Made by a program: the position numbers and the translations under genes
Assembly: GCA_963704435.1 (NCBI GenBank)
Contig: OY969902.1
Coordinates: 120,001 to 152,000 of the forward strand
DNA from: an uncultured archaeon
Lineage (GTDB): Archaea > Micrarchaeota > Micrarchaeia > Micrarchaeales > CABMGC01
Reading direction: 5' to 3'
DNA length: 32,000 bases
Part shown: one piece after another, positions 7,884-15,440 of the stretch
Position numbering within the stretch: position 1 is the first letter of the stretch
Layout of the letters: every line of letters begins with the position of its first letter
Notes under the pieces: generated by a model
Databases searched by the model: none
What the model saw: the letters and a program-made list of their open reading frames with translations, nothing else
Told to the model about the DNA's origin: nothing

Positions 7884-8816
7884 CTAGCACTTCCCCAGCA
7901 GATTCGCCGCGACGGCTATCTCCTCGATGGACTTTGCAGCGGCAACCTTCCGTCTTATCCCTGCAGCGTTCTCGACGCCGGAGACGAACTGGACCGCCTG
8001 GAGGCGGACTGCCTGAAGGGGCTGACCGCGTGAGTAGCGCAGGAAGCGGAGGAGCGCGTCCGCGCGGTCCTTGGCGGCAGGGAGGCTGTACGAGCCTTTC
8101 CTGAAGTAGTCGCCCAGCTGCCTGAAGACGAAGGGATTGCCTATGGCCGCGCGGCCCACCATAACGCCGTCGCAGCCGGTCTCCTTCATCATCTTCTCCG
8201 CGTCCTCAGGGGTGGCGACACTCCCGTTGCCGATCACAGGTATTCCGAGGGCGTGCTTGATGTCCCCTATCGCGGCGAGATCGGGAGGCACGTCGTAGCC
8301 CTGCTTGGCGGTCCTCCCATGCACCGTGAGCGCGGAGGCGCCTCCGCGCTCGACGGCCTTCGCAATCTCCAGCGCATTGGACTTGGTGCTGAAGCCGAGC
8401 CGCATCTTGGCGGTGTAAGGGATTCTCAGGGCAGTTAGCGCGTCGAATATCCTGGCTACTCTCGTGGGATCGTCCAGGAGTGCTGCGCCGGCTCCCTGCC
8501 CCGTGACTGCGCAGGCAGGACAGCCGAGGTTGATGTCGATTATCTCACATCGCCTCTCCAGGGACCTGGCGGCGAGTGCGATGTTCGCTGGCTCGGAGCC
8601 CACGATCTGGATTGCATAGGGTCTCTCTCCGGGAGCGCGGGAGACAATGGATTCGGTGCTGGCATTCCTGTGGAATACTGCCTCGGACGAGACCATCTCG
8701 CTCGTGGTCAGCCCAGCGCCGAACTCCCTGCACAGCCGACGGAATGGGGCCGTGGAGAAGCTGGCCATCGGAGCCAGGAGGAAACCGTTCCTTAGGGTAA
8801 CATTGCCGATCTTCAT
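7884..8816 (-). CDS. dus: tRNA-dihydrouridine synthase (Dus family, full length with C-terminal helical domain)
   Basis: Dus signatures are present: LAPMASFSTAPFRRLC, IDINLGCPA, HGRTAKQ, VIGNGSV and GVMVGRAAIGNPFVF, followed by about 80 aa of helical tail. Confidence 0.85.
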   Translation of the reverse strand: MKIGNVTLRNGFLLAPMASFSTAPFRRLCREFGAGLTTSEMVSSEAVFHRNASTESIVSRAPGERPYAIQIVGSEPANIALAARSLERRCEIIDINLGCPACAVTGQGAGAALLDDPTRVARIFDALTALRIPYTAKMRLGFSTKSNALEIAKAVERGGASALTVHGRTAKQGYDVPPDLAAIGDIKHALGIPVIGNGSVATPEDAEKMMKETGCDGVMVGRAAIGNPFVFRQLGDYFRKGSYSLPAAKDRADALLRFLRYSRGQPLQAVRLQAVQFVSGVENAAGIRRKVAAAKSIEEIAVAANLLGKC

Positions 8817-8834
8817 GTGAATCAGGTGTGCAGC

Positions 8835-9395
8835 TCATCCGCGCTTCTTCGGGAACTCCACAAGCTTGTTGTCCCTTATGATGCTGGGCTGGCCGAGCTT
8901 ATCGAACATTATGTCCGTATCGAAGAATTCGCCGGACTTCTGAGCGGGACGGCTGGCGGGGTCCTTAAGGAGAATGCCGAGGTAGTTTAGGGTATTCCGC
9001 ATGTGGATGCTCAGGCAGGTGTAGAGGACCAGCGTCTGCTGAGCCGTGTCTACGTTGTGGTCTGAGTACTCCTCCATGCTGCGGTCGGAGCCTTCTACGA
9101 ACACGCCGCACGCGTTGCCGGGCACATCGAAAATAGGCCCCGAGTCACTCCAGCGAACGTTTATCTCATAGTCCCTGAGCGTGCCAGTGAAGATGGCGGC
9201 GATCTCCTCCTCCGTCTTGCGCCTGTACCTCTCATTGGCAGTCATCTCAGCTATCCGCTCCCCATAGCTTTCCGGCAGCTCGACGGTCACGCCGTGCGCG
9301 CCCTCGTCGCAGACGAACCTCGGGGATAGCCGGACGGCCTCCTCGATGATAAGCCGCTCCGCCCCTTCGCCTAGCTTAACCATAGCCTCTCGCAT
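8835..9395 (-). CDS. hypothetical protein (186 aa), probably co-transcribed with dus
   Basis: The ATG is preceded by a TATA-like box (9418-9424), and the stop is 18 nt from the dus start. No family recognised. Confidence 0.55.
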   Translation of the reverse strand: MREAMVKLGEGAERLIIEEAVRLSPRFVCDEGAHGVTVELPESYGERIAEMTANERYRRKTEEEIAAIFTGTLRDYEINVRWSDSGPIFDVPGNACGVFVEGSDRSMEEYSDHNVDTAQQTLVLYTCLSIHMRNTLNYLGILLKDPASRPAQKSGEFFDTDIMFDKLGQPSIIRDNKLVEFPKKRG

Positions 9396-9417
9396 AATGA
9401 CGGTTTCTGCGGCCCCG

Positions 9418-9424
9418 TATTTAA
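9418..9424 (-). promoter_or_regulatory. TATA-like box for 8835..9395
   Basis: TATTTAA is centred about 26 nt upstream of the ATG at 9395. Confidence 0.5.
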
Positions 9425-9480
9425 GCGTTGCTCACGCTCCGTGCGCGGACTTGGCGGAAGAGGAAGATTCGCGAACAACG

Positions 9481-9488
9481 TTTAAATA
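9481..9488 (+). promoter_or_regulatory. TATA-like box for 9518..9886
   Basis: TTTAAATA is centred about 33 nt upstream of the ATG at 9518. Confidence 0.5.
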
Positions 9489-9517
9489 GGCGGAAAATCA
9501 CAACGTATAATGATAAA

Positions 9518-9886
9518 ATGACGACCAAACATGCAGAACTGAAGAGCGCTGAATCATGCGAAAATGCGCAACCGCGCACGGTTTTTACCGCGGCCTACGA
9601 GACATACAAGGAATTGAAACCAGCAATCAACGACTTCTGCAGCAATCTCCTGAAGAACAGGTGGGGCGAGACCATGCTGGTAACGGCAGGGGCGGTCTTC
9701 CTTGCTGAGGGCATCGTGAACCGGAATGCGCTAGAAATAGCCACGGGAGCAACAGCCATAGTGATGCAATTTGTTGAGCCAGTAGGAGACTTCGTCATGG
9801 TTCGTGCCACCCCTCCCCTGGTTTCCGCCCTGAATTATGTGATGGGCTATACGGAATCCGCCCTGCAATCTCTGAGAAGGCAGTAA
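9518..9886 (+). CDS. hypothetical small membrane protein (122 aa)
   Basis: The track ORF begins at TTG 9428, but the ATG at 9518 follows a TATA box. Two hydrophobic segments are present (ETMLVTAGAVFLAEGIV and ATGATAIVMQFVEPV). The stop is 12 nt before the next gene. Confidence 0.5.
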   Translation: MTTKHAELKSAESCENAQPRTVFTAAYETYKELKPAINDFCSNLLKNRWGETMLVTAGAVFLAEGIVNRNALEIATGATAIVMQFVEPVGDFVMVRATPPLVSALNYVMGYTESALQSLRRQ

Positions 9887-9898
9887 TGAAGGGATAAT

Positions 9899-10876
9899 GT
9901 GGCTAAGGACAATTTCGTACCGGCAGGGCAAACTAAAGTGAAGAGCGCAGGGGAAGTGCACCCTATCGTGAATATGGCGGAAGAGATGGAGGAACACGTC
10001 TCGCAGATGATTGCCAGAGCAAACAGCGGTTCGCCGGAGGCGAAGCTCCTTGCAGAGTTAGATGTCGATTCGGTAACTACAGACACAGTAGAGAAGATGG
10101 CTGAGGCGCTGGCGATCGACCCTACTGAAAAGGGCCAGATTATGCGGGAGACCCTGTTGGACATGTTCATTAATGAGATAGAGTCATACGGCGCTTACGA
10201 CGGCCTGAGTGACCTGGAAAGCGCCAAGCTCGTGGAGATAATCCCTGACTCGATGCTTGACAATACGACCTACAGGCTGACTGAAATGGGAAGGAGAGTC
10301 GCCGGGAAGATACTTGAAAAACAGGTCGCCGAAATCAGAAGGATCGATCGCGACATGAAGAGCGACGAAGCCGAGGAGGCAGCAGTGCTGGTCCAGACGG
10401 TCCTCATAAGGAAGCTATTGCTGTCGGAAAGCGTAGTCAGCCCCTCTGAAACGAAGGAGATACAGCAGTATTGCGAGCGGACATTTACTAAGCCGGGCAC
10501 CCTAGGCCAGCTTTTGATAGCTGACCCAGAGCTGTACGAAAAGGGCAACGAGGACGGGATACTGATACAGCGAGACGGTCTCGTACCCACAGTCGATGGG
10601 ATGTACTTGAAATCGACGAGACGGTACGGGGCGGGATGGAAAGTGACTCTCACCGAGGTGCCAGATTCCGCAGACGGACCCTCTTCAGCATATGTATTCA
10701 TAGACGAGGATACGGCAGGCAGCAAGAGCGAGTACGTGATTGCGAAACCAGATGGCCAAGGCAGTATCTACCTCTTCTCTGCCAGGCCGGAAGACGCTGC
10801 TCACCTGCTAAGCGTGCAGCTGACCTACAATGAGATCATAGAAAAGAAGCCTGACAATGGCAGCGCAGACCTGTAG
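9899..10876 (+). CDS. hypothetical protein, long member of the paralog pair (shared N-terminal domain plus unique 170-aa C-terminal domain)
   Basis: GTG start at 9899. Similarity to 3442..3978 begins at residue 13 or so, before the first internal Met, which supports the GTG start. Confidence 0.65.
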   Translation: MAKDNFVPAGQTKVKSAGEVHPIVNMAEEMEEHVSQMIARANSGSPEAKLLAELDVDSVTTDTVEKMAEALAIDPTEKGQIMRETLLDMFINEIESYGAYDGLSDLESAKLVEIIPDSMLDNTTYRLTEMGRRVAGKILEKQVAEIRRIDRDMKSDEAEEAAVLVQTVLIRKLLLSESVVSPSETKEIQQYCERTFTKPGTLGQLLIADPELYEKGNEDGILIQRDGLVPTVDGMYLKSTRRYGAGWKVTLTEVPDSADGPSSAYVFIDEDTAGSKSEYVIAKPDGQGSIYLFSARPEDAAHLLSVQLTYNEIIEKKPDNGSADL

Positions 10877-10877
10877 C

Positions 10878-11138
10878 TCAGCTTTCCTTCTCCTGCAGGA
10901 TTCTCTTCGCGCGCTCGAGCGCCTTCCTCCGCTCCGGCGTGAGGTTTCTGCCTGACCGGTTTATGAAATACTGTACCATCCGTATGGCAGAGCCTATCCC
11001 CTTGGGGGACACGTCGGGACGCGCCATTGTGCGGGCTATCTCCTCGGCGGACTTCGTGAAGATTCCTGGAGGAGGGAACGTGGACACTGTACCCACCCTT
11101 CCTATCCAGCGTTTAGAGCTGGGCGCTTTGGCCACCAT
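10878..11138 (-). CDS. DUF3175 family protein
   Basis: The C-terminal block SAIRMVQYFINRSGRNLTPERRKALERAKRIL matches the DUF3175 pattern as I recall it (FYINRAGKNL...R..LE.AK). Confidence 0.65.
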   Translation of the reverse strand: MVAKAPSSKRWIGRVGTVSTFPPPGIFTKSAEEIARTMARPDVSPKGIGSAIRMVQYFINRSGRNLTPERRKALERAKRILQEKES

Positions 11139-11169
11139 ATAGCCACTTCAGTGGTCCAGAGCCTTAAGC

Positions 11170-11189
11170 GGGTACGCAGGGGCGTACCC
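11170..11189 (-). other. GC-rich hairpin between csp and the DUF3175 gene
   Basis: GGGTACGC AGGG GCGTACCC is a perfect 8-bp stem, 14 nt downstream of the csp stop, with no adjacent T-run. It could be an attenuator, a processing site or a weak terminator. Confidence 0.35.
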
Positions 11190-11202
11190 ACAATCAAGCC
11201 CT

Positions 11203-11394
11203 TCAGACCTTCTTTACATTCTTGGCGCGGGGTCCGCGCTCGCCTGACTCAACCTCATATTCGACGGTGTCGCCGACCGCAAGGGTGGCGCCTCCCTCGA
11301 TTGCTGAGGAGTGCACGTAGACGTCCTTCCCATCGTCTCCCGTGATGAATCCGAAACCGCGCATCGCATTGAACATCTTTACTCTTCCTCTCAT
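11203..11394 (-). CDS. csp: cold-shock domain protein (CspA family)
   Basis: 63 aa with RNP1-like GFGFI and RNP2-like VYVHSS motifs ([32 protein letters not shown]). Confidence 0.9.
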   Translation of the reverse strand: MRGRVKMFNAMRGFGFITGDDGKDVYVHSSAIEGGATLAVGDTVEYEVESGERGPRAKNVKKV

Positions 11395-11430
11395 TAGCTC
11401 ACTTTCTTCGTATTATCATTGGAGCGCACA

Positions 11431-11440
11431 TTATATATAA
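11431..11440 (-). promoter_or_regulatory. TATA box for csp
   Basis: TTATATATAA is centred about 42 nt upstream of the ATG, implying a short leader that contains AGTGA just before the start. Confidence 0.5.
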
Positions 11441-11500
11441 GGCAGGTTTCCCAGGATTCCAGCGGAGGGAACGGCGCACTGCCATAAGAAGTAGCCTAAC

Positions 11501-12136
11501 TTACCCGGAGCGGACAGCAGCGGCAGTCTTACTCGAAGCGTTGGTAATTGCTTCCGTTCTTACCAACCTGACGAAAACCCGCGCCAGCTCTTCCGGAGTC
11601 TTGTAAGGGTCGGCGTCGGTTCCATTGTAATCGCGGAACGGTTCGGTGAAATACGTGACTATTACCTTATCTCCCTTCGTTATCAAACCCACATAACATG
11701 GCTTCCCGGAAATGTCAAGGGAGTACGCTCCGCAATCGATGGAACAGCGCGAGTACGAGTTTTGCCTCAGTCCCCTTACTGTGCTTGGGAAGATTTCGTC
11801 CACGAGCTTCGGATCTTTTGTGAAAAAGCCCTCCTTCAGCTTAACATGGAAATTGCAATCAACGCTGCATTTCACTATGTTCTTCCTTAAACTATCAAGA
11901 TATCCGCTGGCTCTGAGACGGGCATAGGCTCCGAGTCCGCCATCCGGCGTCCGGGAATGGGATAGGACATCCAGTACTTGCATAACTTCGTCTATCTGTT
12001 TGGTATTCTTCTCTCTAGCTATTCTCTTGCTCTCGCCCCGGATTCCGGGCAGGAAAATATTGTGCTGAGCGGTCTGCATCCGGGTCAGCAGTTTCACAGT
12101 GGTAGCATCTGGCGAATACCCTTGTTTACCATGCAT
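11501..12136 (-). CDS. hypothetical protein (211 aa, Cys-rich middle region)
   Basis: The ATG has its own TATA-like box (12167-12173). No family recognised. Confidence 0.55.
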   Translation of the reverse strand: MHGKQGYSPDATTVKLLTRMQTAQHNIFLPGIRGESKRIAREKNTKQIDEVMQVLDVLSHSRTPDGGLGAYARLRASGYLDSLRKNIVKCSVDCNFHVKLKEGFFTKDPKLVDEIFPSTVRGLRQNSYSRCSIDCGAYSLDISGKPCYVGLITKGDKVIVTYFTEPFRDYNGTDADPYKTPEELARVFVRLVRTEAITNASSKTAAAVRSG

Positions 12137-12166
12137 CCCAATCGTAAATTACGTTGCGGACTCCCG

Positions 12167-12173
12167 TATTTAA
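12167..12173 (-). promoter_or_regulatory. TATA-like box for 11501..12136
   Basis: TATTTAA is centred about 34 nt upstream of the ATG at 12136. Confidence 0.45.
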
Positions 12174-12196
12174 GGGTTTCTGGCGAATTGTTTTAT

Positions 12197-12880
12197 TCAC
12201 AGCCTGCCGAATATTCTGGGATTCCCTATCGCGGCGCGCCCGACCATCGCTCCGTAGAGGCCGCTGGCTTTCAGCTCTGCGACCTGACTTTTCGTCCTGA
12301 TGTCCCCGTTCGCCACGATCCTCTTCCCAGTGTCGATGCACCCAGGATAGACTGAGAAATCGGCAGGATCGTCAAGCGTCTGCTCGGCGGTCCTCGCGTG
12401 AACCACGAAAAAGGACGCGTCCACATTCTCTATCAGGTTGAGGTATGCGCCCTTCCCCTTCTCATAATCATTGAGGCCGAGACGCAGCTTCACCGAACAC
12501 TCGAAGCCAGACTTCGCAATCAGCCTTACTATCTCCTCCGTACGGGACACCCTCTTCACCATCGCCGCCCCTATGCCCTGCCTGAGGAACTCGGGAGATG
12601 AGCAGCCGAGGTTGAGGTTGAATCCCTGGAACCCCTTGCCCGGCTCGAATCCTGCGAGGAAACGCGCATATTCGCTCGGCTTCGCTCCCGCGAGCTGGAC
12701 CTGCGTTGGCGTTGAGTCGGGAATCGCGATGCGGGAGAGCTCGCCCTTCTTCTGCCTAGCCAGGTTGGCGACCCGGGCTACGGGAGTGAACGTCAGTGCT
12801 GCGCCTGACCTGTGGCAGAGCGCGCGGAATGGCGCATCGGTGACACCCTCCATCGGAGCGAGCATCAGGCGGAAAGTCAT
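12197..12880 (-). CDS. Dus-like flavin TIM-barrel protein (short paralog lacking the C-terminal helical domain)
   Basis: Dus signatures are present: LAPMEGVTDAPFRALC, NLNLGCSSPE, VHARTAEQ, VANGDI and GAMVGRAAIGNPRIF. The ORF stops 4 codons after the last barrel motif. Confidence 0.7.
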   Translation of the reverse strand: MTFRLMLAPMEGVTDAPFRALCHRSGAALTFTPVARVANLARQKKGELSRIAIPDSTPTQVQLAGAKPSEYARFLAGFEPGKGFQGFNLNLGCSSPEFLRQGIGAAMVKRVSRTEEIVRLIAKSGFECSVKLRLGLNDYEKGKGAYLNLIENVDASFFVVHARTAEQTLDDPADFSVYPGCIDTGKRIVANGDIRTKSQVAELKASGLYGAMVGRAAIGNPRIFGRL

Positions 12881-12944
12881 GTGACCATCGGAAAGGCTAT
12901 GGGAATACGGAGGATATATTGTTTTGCGTAGGCGGGCGTCCCGT

Positions 12945-13694
12945 TCATTCGCTTGCCTGGAATCCGAGCAGGGTCGTGCGGGGATCCGGCGGTGAATCAG
13001 TAAGGCAATCCCCTGATCTAGCCGAATGGAGCATTATTGGAGCGCTATTGCACCTTTCCTCGATGTGAGGGCACAGCGCATCCAGTTCCTTCGCCCCCAG
13101 GCGGACGTAGGCTCCCTTCTTGTTGCTCCTTAGGAGCGCGCAAATCGTATCTTTTTTCTTCTTGTCGTACTTTCTGTCGTTGGGAATCGACAGCCCATTC
13201 TTTTTATTCCCATCTAGGAATGCCTGCCCTTTCTCGATATTCTCTACCTTCCTCTTGAGTTTTCCGATAAGCTTCCATTTCGTGTGGGAAGGGTCTAGCC
13301 TGAGCAGGCTTTCAAGTCTGTCGATTCCCAGAACATAGATGTCGGTCAGTACCTTATTCTCAAGGTCGTATATTTTGGGATCGTATCCGACTTCATAGAG
13401 TCCGATGAAATAAAACGCCGACATCTTGCGGTCTTCGGCCATCCTGATGTAGCGCTCTATCTGGTCGGTGAACAGCACAACGCGCTCCCCCTTCAAGGAG
13501 GATTTCACCTCACCGACGATGCCCTTGTCCAGTATGTCCGGCTGCGATGAATTGCGATGGATCGGCGTGCCGAAACCGAAGATATCCCTTATCTTCTGCT
13601 CTATCTCTTTCCCGTTTTCCACATTTTGGCGTGCTACGGCTGACCGACGGTCACCACAAGAAGCTCTGCTGCTTGTCGAAACTCCGGCCCCCAT
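12945..13694 (-). CDS. PD-(D/E)XK nuclease-fold protein, Hjc-like N-terminal domain with a long Lys-rich C-terminal extension
   Basis: The ordered motif is Glu (GKEIEQ), then QPDILD, then GEVKS, that is E...PD...ExK spaced as in archaeal Holliday-junction resolvases. A TATA-like box lies 26 nt upstream of the ATG. The 3' half is AT-rich (hand count 25/60 G+C for 13141-13200). Confidence 0.5.
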   Translation of the reverse strand: MGAGVSTSSRASCGDRRSAVARQNVENGKEIEQKIRDIFGFGTPIHRNSSQPDILDKGIVGEVKSSLKGERVVLFTDQIERYIRMAEDRKMSAFYFIGLYEVGYDPKIYDLENKVLTDIYVLGIDRLESLLRLDPSHTKWKLIGKLKRKVENIEKGQAFLDGNKKNGLSIPNDRKYDKKKKDTICALLRSNKKGAYVRLGAKELDALCPHIEERCNSAPIMLHSARSGDCLTDSPPDPRTTLLGFQASE

Positions 13695-13715
13695 GATGTT
13701 CCATGCTTTCCAGTC

Positions 13716-13723
13716 TATTTAAA
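13716..13723 (-). promoter_or_regulatory. TATA-like box for the nuclease gene
   Basis: TATTTAAA is centred about 26 nt upstream of the ATG at 13694. Confidence 0.5.
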
Positions 13724-13817
13724 GATTGGTCTGAAATCCGGGCATAAAGCCCGCAATCCAATTTTTCGGAGGGATTCGCATGAGCGGAGAGCAGGATGCG
13801 CAGCGGCTCCTCCGGAA

Positions 13818-14060
13818 TCAGATAAGCTTCAGCTCCTTCAGGGCGCGGTCGAGCTCCTTCCCGGCCTTCCCGATGTGCACGGACACGATCTCCAGGTTCT
13901 CCACGAGCCCGGAACCGAGGTCGGGCCCCATCTTCCTAGCTATCCTCCTTGCTACCGCGTCCACACCCTTCCTATGGGAAGCGAGGCTCCGCGACATGCT
14001 TTCCAGCGTCCTATACTCCTCGAGCAGCACGACCTTGCGGCGTTTCTTACCAGATACCAC
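13818..14060 (-). CDS. hypothetical small basic, helical protein (80 aa)
   Basis: GTG start, with a TATA-like CTTAAATTAC (14091-14100) about 35 nt upstream. No family recognised. Confidence 0.4.
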   Translation of the reverse strand: MVSGKKRRKVVLLEEYRTLESMSRSLASHRKGVDAVARRIARKMGPDLGSGLVENLEIVSVHIGKAGKELDRALKELKLI

Positions 14061-14149
14061 TGAATCACGCGTCTCTAGTGGCTCACAAGGCTTAAATTAC
14101 CGTAGGCGGTGGTCGCTCTTAACCAGAAAATGCCCCGCCATCGGACGGA

Positions 14150-14410
14150 CTAGACGTTAAGACCCTCCCGGTATTCCTCTATTGTAATGACGTACGCAGC
14201 ATTTATCAGAATGACTCCGCTGCCAGGGACCGCCGCCCCTGAGACGAACTTCCTGAGCTCGTACTCGAGCTTGAAGAACCGTCCGTCAAAGCCCAGCAAG
14301 GTCCCCTTGTAGTTTCCCGCCGACGCATCCTTGGACCCGAGGCCCCCTGAGGAGGTAACCCAGACTACCTTTCCAGTCAGCTCGTCGATTAAAGACTTTT
14401 CCTGCTCCAT
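14150..14410 (-). CDS. hypothetical small protein, possibly Sm-like (LSm) fold
   Basis: The pattern LTGKVVWVTS...YKGTLLGFDGRFFKLEYE...GVILINAAYVITI resembles Sm1/Sm2 segments with an enlarged loop. This is a by-eye call only. Confidence 0.4.
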   Translation of the reverse strand: MEQEKSLIDELTGKVVWVTSSGGLGSKDASAGNYKGTLLGFDGRFFKLEYELRKFVSGAAVPGSGVILINAAYVITIEEYREGLNV

Positions 14411-14483
14411 GCTCCGTCTTGGGCGGAAGGGCTAATAACCCGAGCGCCTGCCGAGCAATAAAGTGATTGGGCTGTCTTATTCT

Positions 14484-14699
14484 TCAGATCAGGTGCCATT
14501 CCTTCAGCTCTGAGATAGCCTTGTTGGACTGACCCTCCTTGACCATGAGATAATCCTTGCTGACGCAGTACCCTACCTTGCTCCTGGTCATACGATCCAT
14601 TGTCTTCTTGTCGTCTTCCATACGGTTCGTGTTCTTCATTATGAAGACGAACATCCCAGGCGCTTTCTCGATTGTCATCAATTCCACTACGGTAGACAT
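14484..14699 (-). CDS. hypothetical small protein (71 aa)
   Basis: The track ORF starts at GTG 14705, and an ATG lies two codons in at 14699. No family recognised. Confidence 0.4.
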   Translation of the reverse strand: MSTVVELMTIEKAPGMFVFIMKNTNRMEDDKKTMDRMTRSKVGYCVSKDYLMVKEGQSNKAISELKEWHLI

Positions 14700-14789
14700 T
14701 GGCACGTTCTAATACTTATGGTAGCGCACTGGAGGATCCACCGCCGGATCGGCCGCATTGGCATTGCAATCAAGAAATCCTGCATAGCA

Positions 14790-14799
14790 TTTATAAAAA
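14790..14799 (+). promoter_or_regulatory. TATA box for 14818..15384
   Basis: TTTATAAAAA is centred about 23 nt upstream of the ATG at 14818. Confidence 0.5.
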
Positions 14800-14817
14800 T
14801 GGAGGGCGCATAAGGCA

Positions 14818-15384
14818 ATGGGTAGAATGGGAGAAACCGGAGAGGAATCGCATGCTGCCGGGCAGACAACATCATATGTGATAGGCAACGACACGATAAC
14901 CATACCTTATGGTAGGGTCCTAAGCGAAAAAGCGTCCGAAACGTTGGATAAGACCGATTCGCAACTGGCCGACTGCCTGTCGCTGATCTATTACCATCAG
15001 AAAATCTACCATGACGAGATGGTCCTCGTGATGCGAGGGAATGAGCAGCTGTCCCAGGGGAATTACGGAGTTGGACGTAAATCGGTGCCCGACAAGAGGG
15101 AATTGCTCCTGACCCGCAGGGCATATGGAGAAAAAGTCGAAAGGTGCTCCGCATGCCAGAACCTCGTAATCGAAAGGAACGTCAACACACGGGGATGGGA
15201 CCTAGTCGTATACAAGAATGTCAACGAGATCGTCATCACTGCGCTGCCCCCGAATATCAGAGCCTGCATTCTGGCCACTGTTCCGCGAATAAGCCACGAA
15301 GCAGCAGAAGGGGCTGCGCAAAGCGCAGGATTCGCCATAAACTTCGAAAAGACAGGGGCCACTGCTTCCTCAGTGCAGCGATAG
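14818..15384 (+). CDS. hypothetical protein (188 aa)
   Basis: ATG-initiated ORF with its own TATA box. No family recognised. Confidence 0.55.
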   Translation: MGRMGETGEESHAAGQTTSYVIGNDTITIPYGRVLSEKASETLDKTDSQLADCLSLIYYHQKIYHDEMVLVMRGNEQLSQGNYGVGRKSVPDKRELLLTRRAYGEKVERCSACQNLVIERNVNTRGWDLVVYKNVNEIVITALPPNIRACILATVPRISHEAAEGAAQSAGFAINFEKTGATASSVQR

Positions 15385-15440
15385 AAAACTACGATTCGAG
15401 GAATTCCAGATTTTACTTCTTAGCTTGCGGGCGGAAGCGG

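Noticed and set aside
9414-9425. The 12-mer CCCGTATTTAAG is shared by the promoters of the two orphan genes next to the Dus paralogs (also at 12163-12174).
   Set aside because: Most of the match is the TATA box itself. Dozens of shared 12-mers are expected by chance, and the distance to the start codon differs (18 and 26 nt).
13739-13753. A small hairpin CGGGC-ATAAA-GCCCG resembles the IS200 end hairpins (TAAA loops), which raised the idea of a hairpin-only miniature element.
   Set aside because: The stem is only 5 bp, there is no flanking similarity to the IS ends, and the position fits a simple intergenic structure.
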